64,000 nucleotides of DNA. Source: Azolla caroliniana. Its lineage: Eukaryota; Plantae; Polypodiophyta. Every line of letters begins with the position of its first letter. Position 1 is the first letter of the stretch. Of the stretch, positions 47,496 to 61,450 are shown one piece after another. The notes beneath the pieces were generated by a model. It saw only the letters and a program-made list of their open reading frames with translations, was not told the origin of the DNA and searched no databases. Where the stretch lies: contig JBHGNT010000003.1 of the NCBI GenBank assembly GCA_043228905.1, forward strand, positions 4,650,001 to 4,714,000, read 5' to 3'. The translations under genes were made by a program, and so were the position numbers.

Positions 47496-50330
47496 GTCGT
47501 GGACTCATCGATTGTCGGACCGACTCTTGCATTTCGGATAGTCACCTTGTTGAGCGACTGAAAGTTCTGAATAAAGCGCAGTGTGCCGTTCTTCTTCGGC
47601 ACCGTAAACCACCGGTTTGAATAAGGAGCACTCGACGGCTCGAGGATGTCCATCTCCACTTTCTGCTTAATCAACTCCATCAACTTCGGGATGTGATCCC
47701 TCGGCACCGGAATCGGTTTGAGACTCCACATCACATGTGATACCGTGAAGATCACCATTGGTTCCACGATCGTCGGGTGTACACACCCGATCTCCCACGG
47801 CGAGAATGCAAAGGCTTTCCCATGCCTTTCGAGCATCCTCCAAAACCAATCCTCCTCCACAGGCGTCTCGTCAATCTTGAGCTTCTACAACGTCTCGTCG
47901 GTGAACTGGTGTCCTATGGCGGCCGGATCTCGTAAACTCGGGTCCACCACGACCCCTCTCATCCGTTCCCAACTATCCTCCGGCAAGGGAGCCACGAATG
48001 GCCTCAACTTCCCGTCCACAGTCTTATACTTCGTGCTTACTAGGGCCATTCAATCTTACCCGACCATCCTTCCGAAGTCCGCGATGACTTCGTACATCTC
48101 GAAGGAATTTACCAGAACAACCCAGTCTTTGCTAAGATCTTCACCTATTATTTTCTTGATCTCCTCAAGGGTGTCATCGAACGAGACCTCCTCCACGACG
48201 CAACTGATCTCGTCGTTGGAGCCTAAGGCGCCGCATGCCTTCAAGCACCCTTCGACAAGTTTCCTTTCCCGGCCACCAATGCCAGTTATGGAACAACCTC
48301 CCTTGGCAGAGGGCCAAAATCTCCTACCTATGGTAAAGGTGTGGGGTTTGCTCCGATTGTCTGGACTACCGCGACCCCATGCCTTGATATTCCTTTCTAA
48401 AAACCCTGTTGGCCTTCGCCACCAAGAGAATCCCGATTCCACTCGTGATTCGGCCGAGCTATGAAGAACTGAACGGAATGTCGACCGTCTTGACTCTTCA
48501 CCCGATCGTAGGCTGAACCGTTGTCTAGGACCTTTGTTTCCATCCGGGCTATCGTGATGTACCGTTCCCCAAAGATGACCGGAGGGGAGGATGTCTCTTG
48601 CACGAAGAAGTGATGGTCGATCTCGACATCCCCGACCTTCACTCAGACGTTCAGGCATGCTCCGTGTAGCTCCTCCGTGGTTGGGGTCTCCGCACGTATC
48701 TTGCACCCGTGCTTCATGTTGATCGGCCATTTACCCTTCTTGTAGAAGTCCATGAACATTAAGTTAATCTCTTATCTGTGGTCGATTAACGCCACCACCG
48801 GCTCTTTAACATCCCTGATCTGGACCGGGGTCTCCGTCGTAGCTCTCGTCCAATGCGACCGCTTATAGTAGCTATCTGGAAACTCTTCCTCCAGTGCTAC
48901 CTCTTCGACGTCGACTACCTTCACTCTTCGAGAGCCGCTTCCTTTTTACCAAGTCCACGATGGAATCGTGGAATTCCTTCTTTGCGATACCCATCACCTC
49001 TCGTAATGAGAGCTCTACCTTGCTCTTGAGGATCCGCTCTTCCAAGACCTTATGCAGATTTGTCGTCCTCTTTATCTCTGAGCTCAACTGGAAGCTCGAG
49101 ATCTTCGTCTTGCCTTGTGAGCCAGTTGGGCTTCCGTCATTCTTTTTCGGCCCACTTCAGGTGTCACACTGATTCAAGGGACCAACCCCTCTGACATTCC
49201 CAGCTCACTTGTCTTCAACCAGAACCTCGTAGTTCTAGGACGCAACTTCTACAAAGCTAGTTTTCTCCTCTTCTAGATCGTACCATCCGATGACCTCTTG
49301 GACCCGTTGCTCTGTGCAGTCCGCCTCATCCTTTACCAGCTTCTTTCCTAAGAACCCTTCCAGCACCACCGGCTAGAATTCAATATTGCTTCTGGTTGCG
49401 GTGACCTTCTCTCCGCCTACCCGGATCCCTGCCGACACCGAGTAATGGATGGCATCGACGTTATAGGTTGTTGCTTCCTCCGTTATCCTCTTCATGCCGC
49501 CTCATCTGATGTTCACCTCTAGGGTCCTTCGTGTATCGCATGCATATACTCATCTGTTCCAGAGGTATACAACATTGTTCTTGAGTGCTTCGGCGAAATT
49601 GGTGCACTCTCTCCCGATGTGTCCGACGATATCGCACCATATGCATCGCTTGTCATTCGGAGGCCTCCGGTTGCGTGATTATCCCTTGCCATCTCTAATG
49701 GCTTGCGAGATCTGGAGATCGCGCACCATCTTCATCAGCTCCTCTAGAGCGGCGCCCACCCTTGACCACTTCGGTCAGGACCATGCCCGACTCGAGCCAG
49801 CTTCGTGCTTCTTCCAGTTGTGTCGGAATCGGTTCCTTCGGCTTCTTCCCAATAGTCAGGCCCGCCGCCAATGATTCCACAACATTCCATTCACGTCGGC
49901 CCAATTGGCTGTGAGCCCTTCATCTCTCTCCAATAGGAGACCCACCTTTTTCAGATCGAGCACGTCGACCGACTTGATAAACAGTAGGACCTTGCTCATA
50001 TCAACCACGGTCGAGTCCAATGTCAAAAGGCGTACGAACCGTTCTTCGAATTCCTGGAGGAGCGTCGAAGTGTTCCTCCCTTTCCCCGGGGTCTCGACCC
50101 ATTCCATGAACTCCCACTTCGACAACTAGAGAGAGTCATCAAAGCCATACCTCTCGAGGATCCGTCCCTTGAACTCCAACCAAATCTGGGATTTGGCTTG
50201 GATCTCGAGCACCTTTGCATGGATGCTCGGTGTCACGACCCGAGGGAATTCGGGATATCCCTCATTATCATTTCGGCCGGTAGGCCTCTAGATAGCTTGT
50301 CACATCCTTCCTATGGAATCAAGCTATCAG
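47496..50330 (-). pseudogene. Trp-family Gypsy gag-protease-RT fragment without LTRs
   Basis: ORFs 49856..50125, 48872..49087, 48397..48642, 48056..48730, 47414..47860 homologous to 38225-41058. Confidence 0.88.
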
Positions 50331-53300
50331 GCCGTCTATCATCTCAATAGCTTCTCACATCTGTACATCTCAATGCCAGGAAAGTATCTCAGCTCTCCCA
50401 AATCCTTCATATGAAATTGCATTGCAAGATTTTTTGTTAGCTTGATTATTTCATCCATGGAATCACCTCCAATGATTCAATCATCAACATAAATGAAAAT
50501 AACAACAATACAATCATTTATCCTTTTTACATACAATGATGGATCAGCCTTTGACATTTTGAAAGAATTTTTTTTCAAAGATTCTAAAAGTTCTATATGC
50601 CATGCTCTCGGTGCTTGTTTTAGTCCATAGAGAGCTTTTTTCAGCCTACATACATATTCTGGATGCTTCTTATCTTCAAAACCTGGTGGTTGACACATAT
50701 ACACTTCTTCTTCTAAGTTGCCATGTAAAAAAGCATTTTTTTACATCCATATGGTGTAGAACCCATCTTTTGGCTGCACTCACAACAAGTAGTGTTCTCA
50801 AAATTGCCATCTTTGCAACCGGTGCAAATGTTTCATCATAATCAATTCCTTGCATCTAGGCATATCCCTTTGCAACAAGCCTTGCTTTATGTCTACTAAC
50901 ATTTCCATTTGAATCATGCTTTGTTTTGTAGACCCATTTGCAACCTACAACATTTTTCTCCTTCGGTAACTTCACCAAATCCCATGTTCTATTTTCAGCC
51001 AATGCATCTATTTCTTCTTGCATTGCATTCACCCATTTCTTATCATATTTTGCTTCATCAAAACTATTTGGATCAGGGATTTGTAGCACTTTAGACATAT
51101 ATGCATAATGCATAGCCATATATGTGTCATAACCAAATCTTTCAACAGTCTTTTTCTCTCTATCTGATCTTCTCAATTTCTAATTTGCATCTTTCATTGC
51201 TTTTTCCATACCAAGGATTTTTAAGGCTTGTATACCAAGGTCATCATCCAATGATGTATCTGAATCTACATCTTCCATGTTTCCAGACCCATCATCAAAC
51301 ATTTCATATTCTGGCATCTTCTGTTTTCCCTTTCTATCATCATATTTTTTGTGTCCTGCATTTTTTCCACTCCAAGCATTACATTCAGATTTACTACCTA
51401 AGCTTCCAGATGGTTCAATACATGTTATTGATGTTGAACTTTGTTGTACAACATTGCTTCCATTTCCACGACAATCTCTTCCATTTTCAGATTTTTCTGT
51501 CTTCATTTTCACAGTCTTCATCAGTTTCTACATTTTGTTTTGGGTTGTACCAACTGCCCAACTCATCAAATATTATATCACGGCTTACCAAAATCTTTTT
51601 TGTCAGATGTTTATAGCATCTATACCCTTTTTGCTCCTCCGAATATCCAACAAAAACACATTTTTCAGCTTTTGGATCAAGCTTACTTCTTACTTCAACA
51701 GGTACATGAACATAGGCAAGGCATCCAAACACTTTTAAGTGTTCTAAACTAGGCTTCCTGCCATAGAAACATTCTTCAGGGGTTACTTCATGCACTCCAG
51801 ATGTTATACATCTATTTAGAATATAATTTGTTGTGTTTACAGCTTCTGCCCAATAATACAATGGCATATTTTTTCTAGTCATCATGGCTCTTCCTATGTT
51901 AACCAGAGTTCTGTTTTTCCTCTGAGCAACTTCATTTTGTTCTGGAGTATATCTACATGGAAACTGTCTCCTTATTCCTTGATTGCATAGAAAATCAGAA
52001 AATTCATTTGAGAAGTACTCTCCTCCTCCATCAGATCTTAAGCATTTTATTCTAGTTCTAGCCTGCTTTTCTACCATGCATTTAAACTTACGGAAGCAAT
52101 CAAATACTTCACTTTTCTCTTTCATGAAATAAACCCATATTTTCCTTGAGCAATCATCAATAAATGTTACATTCACTAATTGATGCATTTTTTGTTGGTC
52201 CCCATACATCTATATGTACCAAATCCAACAAATTTTTGCTTACATGTCTCTCATGAGGGAGAGGCAACCTATTTTGGTTTCCATATTGGCATGCTTCACA
52301 TATTTTGCTCATCTTACAGCCTTTTAACTTAGGCAGTCCAACCACTGCATTTTTCCTCAACATATTTTTCAAGGTTTGCATACTTATGTGACCGATTCTT
52401 TTATGCCACATTTCCACATTTGAGATTACACTCATTCCATCTGCAAACATGTCTGTAATCTTTTTCAGCATATCCACATCTAGCACAAACATCTGTCCTT
52501 GTCTTTTTCCTTTTGCAATAAGCTTTCCATGTTTCTCTATAAAGCATCCACTTTGCTTAAACTTAACTTGCATTCCTTGCTCTACTATCTGTCCAACAGA
52601 AATCAGATTTTTTGCAAGGTGTGGAACATGCATGACATTCAACATATACTTTGTTTTTCTTTTTTCTTCCCACAATGGGATATCTCCAATATGCTCGATT
52701 GTATGGGTGGTGTTATCACCTATTTGTACAATCTCTAGTTCTCTTAGACTTTCAAACCAATTTGCATGTCCTGTCATATGATTTGATGCCCCCGAATCTA
52801 CATACCACATAAAATGTTCATTGTATCTCTATGAACATTCAGCCATTGCTTTTGTTTCATGTTGCACCACAAATGCATCATCTTTATCACAGTCTTCACT
52901 AGTGGAGGCATAGTTATTTTGCTGTCTCTTCCCTCTTTTTTCATCATTTTGCTTTTTATAGAATTCAGCCCGTGTATGGCCTGGTTTTCCACAATACCAG
53001 CAGCTAGCATCATTCAAATAGGTTTGCTTACCTCTGCCTCGATTGCTCCCCTTGCCTCTGATATTGTTTCTTCCACTTGTAACATGTTGTCCTCTTCCTT
53101 AATAACTATTGTTGGTTCTAGCTGAACCAAATCTTCCATTGCCTCTTCCTCGGCCTCATTGTAGAGGGCTTGCCCCTCAGTCTCAGAGTTTCCTTTGTTT
53201 ACATCATCCATCTGATTTATTTCTTCCACTACAAGCATTGAAACCAGATCTGGAAAACTTGGGATGTTATCCCTTTTGAGAATAGATATTTTGAAGCTTT

Positions 53301-54323
53301 TATATTGAGGTCCTAAACCTCTTAAGCATATTTCCACCTTATCATCATCTTCTACCTTCACATTGATAGAAGCAAGTGATTCCCATACACTCTTTATTTT
53401 CAGAGCATACTCATTCACTACCATCTTACCTTTTTCCAAGCTATTTCGCTCAGTCTTCAACTGAAGCTTTCTAGCCTTTGTGTTCACTTCAAACAGTTTT
53501 ACTAAACTGTCCCAAGCTTCTTTTGGAAGCATAGCATCCTATATGTGTCCAAGCACGAATCTGAGATGCTAAGTGAGAGCCAATGCAATACCTTTCTTGC
53601 CCCTTGATTTCATTCCTTAAATGCTTTAATTTGTGTAGCAGTTGCATTTTCTTTTGGGATCTCGAGAGCCTCTTCTAGGTCTCCTTCAATATAACCCCAA
53701 TATCCTTTTCCCATCAGCAAATTTGTCATTCTGAATTTCTACGTCGGGAAATTGTTTTTATCCAACTTTTCTGTGACTATTTGGCTTCTATTTTCTGTAG
53801 TCATTTTCTCTTTCAAATTAGGGATTTTGCTACAATTACTTCAACAAGCAACTCTTTGATTGATATTAGCAAACAGAACCAAACTTCTCAAATCTGTATT
53901 GCTCTAATCTTCTTTACGAGCAACCTCGCTCTGATACCATGTTACAATGGCACTACGGCTCTTCTGTGTGCACAACGGATCGTGATGTGCTGGAGCATTT
54001 AGTGCTCAAGACAGAAAGGAAAAGGAAGGAGGCTTACCTCTGTGTCGCAAACCAAAAGCTTCTTCTATTTCATTACACGCAGAGCTCAACTCGCTCTCGT
54101 TTGTTTTCTATTCTTACAACTACTCTCTTACAACTTACTACACTCTCTTTTCTACTTACTTTTTTCACCTAAGTTATAAGTGACTTATATATGCAGCTAA
54201 TTAGCTGTCTGTAGCTAAATAGTTGTTTCACCTTTATGTCCACTAGTAGCTAATTAGCTAATAGCTACTATAGCTTATTTCTCAATAAGCATCACATACC
54301 TTTGTTGAGCTTGCTTCTCAACA
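50331..54323 (-). mobile_element. AT-rich Copia of a second lineage: 5' LTR 53940-54323, PBS-Met, gag-pol truncated in RT
   Basis: CWYCGKPGH, WYVDSGASNHM, MWHKRIGH, LRSDGGGEY, KARLVAKGY, FIYVDD; GCTCTGATACCA next to TGTTACA. Confidence 0.92.
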
Positions 54324-56325
54324 ATCAACGCCTCAACCCAAAACGTCTTAGACAACTTGGCATGTGCAACCATACTCTAGAGTTCGGACCCTCTCCATTA
54401 CGGTCCGGATTATCCTTTCGGCCAATCCGTTCAACTCCGGTGTCTTCGGCATGGTTAATTTGAGTTGGATACCCTTCGATCCGCAGTAATCCTCGAACCA
54501 CCCCCGATATTTGCCTCCATTGTCCGCTCGAACGGCCTTCAGTTCCCGGCCAATTTCTCTTTCCACTCTCGCATGGAATTCCTTGAAGACGGATAATACC
54601 TGGTCCTTCGTCTTCAATGTCGAGACCCACAACTTCCGGCTGTGGTCATCTATGAATGTCACGAAGTAATCTGACCCAACATGGGACTTCGTGTGCACTT
54701 GGCATACATCAGTAAGCATGAGCTCAAGCGGAGCCTTCCGTCTCGAGCGATGGTCTCGACCGGTAAGAGGTTTAGTTCTGCTTACTGGCCAAGCAATTGG
54801 TGCACTTCTCCAATTGCATTTTTTCCACCTTCGGAATGAGGTTAGCTTTGGCAAGTCTCCCATCCCCTTCTGGCTCATCTGACACAATCTCTTGTGCCAT
54901 AGCTCACCGATACTGTCCACTGCCACATTTACTTCTTCCCCGGCAAATCCGAGCATGTCGTTCCTCTTCACTTGTCGCGATTGTCGACGTTCCTCTCCTT
55001 TCCGAAATCTTCTTCGGTTTCGGACAGTCGTCTCCCCCTTTGGCTTTCCGGAAGTGTCGGCAATTCTTGTGGAAATGCCCCGGCTTTCCACAATAAAAGC
55101 AAGTGGGCCTCCCTCTTGACTTCGACCTCGTCCCCGACTTTTCCCGGTTCTGGGGACTTCGATTCCAGCCTCTTCCCCGGTTATTTTCGTCTTCCGTGAC
55201 TAAGGCTTTCGGGTCTGTTCCAGACTCTACGTCCTTCCGGCGAGCTTCTTCATTTAGCAAACTTGACTTCGCTCTTGCCAGAGATGAGTTCTTTTGTTTC
55301 CGTCCGGTGTTGGCCAACGTAACAACTAGCGTCTCCCAACTATCTAGAAGGGATCCGAGCAATAACAATGCCAGTACCTCGTCGACTAACGGTACTTCGA
55401 GCAAGGTAGTTTGGTTTATTAGCCCCTAGAAGGAATTCATATGCTCTGCCATGCTGGCGTTGTCTTGATACCGGAGCCTCACTATCTTCCGGAATACCGA
55501 GACCCGGTTTACGGTGTTCTTGTTCTCTAACATCACGTCAATCTTCTCCCAGAGCTCATTTGCCTTGTTCTCTTCATTAAAGTTATTGTACAGACTCATG
55601 TCGATGAAGCATTGAATGTATATCGTCATCTTCATTTACTTCCCAGGTTGCGGCATCGATCTTGTCCGGTCTTTTGTCCCCAAATTGTACCAGCAACCAA
55701 AGATCTTTTACCACTAACATGTCCCTCATCTTCCACTTCCACTTTGGGTAGTTGGAGCCGGTGAGCTTGAACATGCTACCGAATGACTCTTCCATTTTCT
55801 TTCTTTGTTTGAAGTTTAAAACTTTGTTCTGATACCAGTTTGAGACGAATCATTCTCGACCACAACCGAGATCGAAACTCACAAGGGAAGAAATAGAACA
55901 GAAATAAGATTAATGCACTTACATAGAATGAGATGACACAATATGTTTACGTGGAAAACCTCAAGAGGCAAAACCACGGGAGTTCGGAGACTCTGAACAG
56001 GATCACTATAGGGCAAAGGTACTACAATGTGAGACTTAGAGGCAACGATCTCGAGCTCTATCTTCGCAAGTCAGTGGTTACAACAAAAGAGTTTTCTGTA
56101 TCTCGCTCCCTTGTTTTGTCTCTCTGTACAACAATAATGATAATCAACTAACTCTACAATATTGCCCTAATTATATTTATACTTTTATAACTTTGGGGCT
56201 ATTTACAAATATGATCGTTCGGATACCTTCCGGATCCATCCAATCCGGTTCCTTCCTTCGACTCGTCCAATCCAGCTCGCCCGGTTCTCATCTGGATTCC
56301 ATCCAGAGGGAACGGTATCCCAACA

Positions 56326-56520
56326 AAATCATCTCGAACTCCTGTACCTAGCTCCCCTGACTTTAGTCAACTTAAGTAGTCAGCTACTACGTGTTGTACT
56401 CTGGGTCAATGGAGAATGTGGAATTCAAATTCTTGTAACAAAAGTGTCCATCTTGCCAGTTAAGGATTGTTTTGTCATTCTTGTTTTGTAACTTTTGGAA
56501 TAAGAATGTTACGTTGTGTG
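56326..56520 (-). pseudogene. RNase H of the Gypsy host of 46329-56325
   Basis: LARWTLLLQEFEFHILH.PRVQHVVADYLS. Confidence 0.8.
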
Positions 56521-57172
56521 CCTATTTTTTTCTCTCTCTCACTTTGTCTTCTTGATCTTGCTTTAACTTCTTAAGTTGGTGATCTTCTTAAAATAGATGC
56601 TATTCTTGTTTTAGCATTGACGGTCTCAAACTTCAACAAAAACTTAGTGGTATTTTAAGGATGAGAAATATGTAATTTCTTGCAAGAAAAAAGTGTAGAA
56701 AAATCTCAATTAAATACTCTGAATCAATACTAGAGGACATAAAGAGGGGGGAAGAGTAAAGAGAATTACTACAAGAAACATGTGTGAAGTTTTGGGCTTT
56801 AAACAAATAAATATCGAGGTTACTTGTTAATTTGAGGACTCCAAGTTACAATATATGTATACATAAAGACTGGAGGGCACTATCATCTTTTTGGCACTAA
56901 CATTGAAGTTCTTTTAATTCAATGGAGTTGATATTCCTATCTCACCATGTCGGTCACTTACATGTTGAATCATATCTTAGCCATTAAAGAACTGAGTCAA
57001 AATCTCTCTATGTTCTGATATAGTGTTTAGAATATCATCACATCGTGACACTTTTGATAACATTTTTTTTGCCACAAAATTCACTTTGTTGGGTTGATGT
57101 TGAACTTATTTTATAAACTCATTTACAATAAAATATCTGACAAAGTTTATGAGTGTCGCCCATTACACTGAC

Positions 57173-57198
57173 TGTGTGTGTGTGTGTGTGTGTGTGTG
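57173..57198. repeat. (TG)n microsatellite
   Basis: About 13 TG units. Confidence 0.95.
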
Positions 57199-60129
57199 GA
57201 CTTGATTAGGGTTGGATTATTTTTCAATCATAAAGGTTTTATCAAAATCTCTTTATACCTCCCTAAATATTACCTCCTTGTCACAAGTATTGATCTCATT
57301 ATTTTTACCAAAAGAACACACTTTATTAGGTAAAGATTTATTAGTTTCTAATTTAAGTGCTTACTTTTTTCTCCAAAACTTGTCAGTTTTGGAAAGTCTT
57401 TTAAGTTTTAACGATTCAATAAATTACTTGTTCTCTATTGGAATATAAATATTCAATAGATTAGTATAGTTATTATGCGGGTTCGAAGTTTATTGGTTGT
57501 AGTTGTTCCACATTGGTTTAGTTATTGTTTGTTGTAATTGTTCAACACGCACTATTGATTCCATGATTATTGGTAGTAGTTGTTTTATAAACTTTATGCT
57601 ATTTTCAATCGGCTAGTGTAATAATGTAGCCGCTTTCTCAATATGAAACATAATGCATATACCTTTACACTTAAATTTGTCTTTTCACACTCGTGCCAAC
57701 TCGTAACATATGATTATGCATAGCTTATATACTTAGTTTTCATGACATTTTCATATATGCTTCATATCTCACTTGTACTACTTGAAACTTATTCTTGCCC
57801 CTTTTCACAAAGGTGGTTGCAACATAGCCAAAATGAGTTCTCCATCCTTTTGTCTCAGAAAGCTCTATATGTAAACTTGTTGTTTTTGTGTTGTTTGTTC
57901 TTGTTCTTGTGATGTGGTGTATGTGAAGGAGAAAAGGGCCTAAAACTATGTTTATAATAGGTTAAGATCAAGCTCAAAGAAGTAACTAAAAGGAGTCTCC
58001 AAATGATAATGATTTAATTAAGAATGAAATATAGCTCAATTTGCAAGAGCAAATTATTGAAATGATAAGGTGCAGGTTTTGAATCTCCTTAGGGATGATG
58101 AGTGGATCAAAATATAAGGATGAGGTATGCAATAAAACCAAGAGTATGCAAAATATAAGGATGAGGTATGCAGTAAAAACAAGAAGGCCAATATTGTTTT
58201 AGCAAAAGTATCGAGGTTAAGTGCTACAAAAGAAACTTACTATTTGGTAAGTGGGGTCTTCAAACCTATAGAATGAGAAGGAGAACTCATTAGCCTAGGC
58301 TTCGACTATGAATGGTGAGAGAGATTCACAATGGTTAGGGCTTCATGACAATACTTCTTCCGTTCTCTCCATTTCTCCTCTTTCACGAGCCAAAATCTAG
58401 CTAGCCTATATAATGGGTTTGAGCATTTTAGCCCCCATGTTATCTTGCAACAACTATTAAGGATTATTATAAATTTCAGCAATCTTCATGGTTCATAGTT
58501 GAGGGAGGATCACCACGTGTGAGCGAGGATCACCACATGTTGTTTGGTTTGAGTGTTCATAAAAGATGACATTTGGTTCATTTCATAGAAGATGACATTA
58601 ATTTTGTAGAAGATGCATATGAATCTACATTAATTTCATATTAGACGACATTCCGTTTCGTATGTTTGAGTGTTCATTTTGCAACTACCTAGAAGATTCA
58701 AAGAAGAGTATGAAAAAGTTTCTAGTTCACCAATGAGACTTTCCAAGAGGAAGTTATGGGAAAGAGACACTAACAAATGACAAGAGTCAAATGGTAACAC
58801 CGACTTTCTAGAAAATCAACGTCCAACCAATTGGGTAGAGTTGGCACTTTGTCAAATGGAATATTTTTTAATTGACCATTCGGACATTGAGTCAGCCAAA
58901 GTTCCATCCACAAGCAAGGAAGGAATTGTTAGCACTATGTGTGCATCACCCGGTTCGTATGAGATGATGAGCCAATTGGTTGGAGAATAACAACTACGAT
59001 CTTGTATGTGGATCAGGCAAACAGGATTACAACAATTACACAAACAGTTTAGAACTCAAGAGACAATGTTATTACTAATCCCTCCGAACTATTTTACAAG
59101 ACTCAGTTACATGCTTTTATAGTCAAGCCCTAACTGAGGTAGTGTGTTCACACTAGGAATACAAGTTTTGGGACAGAATAGGACTTTGGGTCAAACAAAC
59201 TACCCATAAAAGGACTACTCTAATTGTTTACAATGAAGTGGGGTTATCTCCCTTGTAAGCTTAAATTACATTTCAAATTTAAACTACAATTAGTAATTTC
59301 CAAGCCGGATCGGCTAGTTGCCGAATCAATAGTTGTAGAGTCGGCTAGTGGTTGAATCGGCTTTAAGCCTTTTGACCATTGGCTTTTCTCATTGACTATT
59401 CCTTGTTCCTCCTTCTAGGTTGACGATCAATTTTTGGCTCCATTCGCCCTTTGATCATCTTGCGACCTTTTAGTTCTCTTGAATTTAGTGGCCTCTTGAG
59501 CCTTTCGGTTGTTCTGCTTTTCGAACTGCCGTTTCGATTTGTTCAACCCCATCTTATTTCTGATTCCCGTGTTGCTCCTTCAAATTCATCTCCTCTTTGC
59601 TCCTTAGCTTGCAGTAGTCCCATTTTGTCTCCTAACTGTGATGAAGCTCTGATCTGGGAGTGGCTCTGTCAGGCCATCGATGATGTTCACCTCAGTATCC
59701 ACTTTTTGGCCTTTGAGCTTTTTGTTAATGATGAGCTCCCGGATGTGATGTTATCTCATCTCAATATGTTTTGTCTTCACATGATATAATGAATTCCTAA
59801 TGAGGTGGATTGCGTTTTGTGGGTTGCAATACAGGGTCGGCGTTGGATGGTCGATTCGACTCTTGGTAGAAAAATCAATCGATAGTTATTGCAGCCAGAT
59901 TACCTCTAATGTGGCTATGTATTCGGCCTATGTTGTAGAGAGTGTCGTGCATTCTTTTAGCTTTGACCTCCATGAGATAGCTCTTCCTCCGTAGGTGAAG
60001 ACATAATCTGATGTCGATTGTGGATGGTTGGGGTTGCTGGCATAATTGAAATCGGTGAAGCCTTCGACTTCGGTCGGCTCGTCCGATATGAAAGTCAATT
60101 GTAGATTCTCGATGCCTCGAAGGTACCAG

Positions 60130-61450
60130 TGTCGTGTGGTTTTTCACACACGATATGAAAACTATGTAGAAAAATAATGAAATAATTATTTTAGATTAGA
60201 TTAATAGCTTGTTATAGAAAGATGGATGTACTCAAGAGCTTTAAAACGTATTTCACTACATACAAAATGGAAGTTATGAGAACATGGAGTTTAAGAAGAT
60301 AGGGAAAATAGAACTATGATTTATCGCACATAGATAGAAAACTTAAGGCCCTGGCTATATAAGTACATTGAGATCCCTTACTATTCATTTGTGCTAAGAG
60401 CACTTTGGCCACTTTGTCTAGATGGATGAATGTGGCCAAATTCCTAAAAACCGTCTGGCAATAAAATGGAACCGGTCGGTAAGCAAACCGGAATTGACCG
60501 GAAAGCAAACAGGAATCGGCCGATAACCAAACCGGAATTGGCCGGAAAGCAAACCGGAACCGGTCGGAAAGCAAACTGGAACCGGCCGGTAAGCAAACCG
60601 GAACCGGTCGGTAAGCAATCCGGAACCAGCTGGAAAGCAGTTCGGAACCGGCCCGTAAGCAAGCTGGAACCGGTCGGTAAGCAATCCGGAACCAGCCGGA
60701 AAGCAATTCGGAACCGGCCGGTAAGCAAACTAGAACCGGTCGGTAATCAAATCGGAAACGGCGAAATCGGCAATCGGACGAGGCTGGATGCGGACCAGAC
60801 GGATTGGATGGGCGGCGATCGAGATGGACAGATGACAGGATCATGTGGCTAATTAAAGTAAAGTAAAGAAAACTAAAGTAAAGGTCATGTGGACAGTCGC
60901 ATGCAACTAAAAGAAAAAGTCATGCAATTAAAAATGGATGCAACTAAAAGTAGAGGCCATGCAACTAAAAGTGGACATGCAAAGTACCATTAAAGGCTAT
61001 GATCAAGGGAGAACTCCATATAAAATTCCATTTTTTTCCTACACTCATCCTCTCTCCATTTTTTTTCTATTCCTTCTAAGGTCTCTTATCTTATCGAAGC
61101 CATAAACCCTAAATTTCCTTACGGAAGCCATAAACCCTAATTTTTCATACGAAAGCCATATCTCTCATAAACCCTAATTTCATTACGGAAGCCAAAAACC
61201 CTAATTTTCCCTATGGAAGCCATATCTCTCAAACCCCTAATTTTTCTTTTCCATTAATCTCCATAAGCTAAAACTTTTGAATCCCAATCTTGGGACATAT
61301 TGTAATTTCTTTTCCTTTGTTAATGAAAATTATTAAATTTCTTATTTCCGTTAATTGTTAAAAATATAAAAGCACGAATGTGATGTCCTCTGGTCGGAGG
61401 CCCTCGGGTCCTGCCTCAAGTTCACGTGTCCTCGTCGTATTTTCGCGACA
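60130..61450 (+). mobile_element. 1.3-kb solo LTR (Gypsy-type) with internal tandem repeats
   Basis: TGTCGTG...CGCGACA, flanks CCAG/CCGG; host Copia RT rejoins as HIFRYLRG; TATA at ~61018. Confidence 0.9.
60466..60770. repeat. ~22-bp tandem repeat GGAACCGGTCGGTAAGCAAACC inside the solo LTR
   Basis: About 12-13 degenerate copies. Confidence 0.9.

Larger units (their letters stand above)
46329..56325 (-). mobile_element. Old Copia element (LTRs 46329-46848, 55841-56325) with nested fragments
   Basis: Related LTRs, perfect TSD AAATC, host reads GVRDDF-PHTQLF across it; PPT 46849-46860, PBS-Met 55826-55837; RNase H 46862-47495, gag/integrase 54324-55795. Confidence 0.9.

Noticed and set aside
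60314-60852. ORFs of 88-176 aa with repetitive peptides
   Set aside because: Translations of the 22-bp tandem repeat in a solo LTR.
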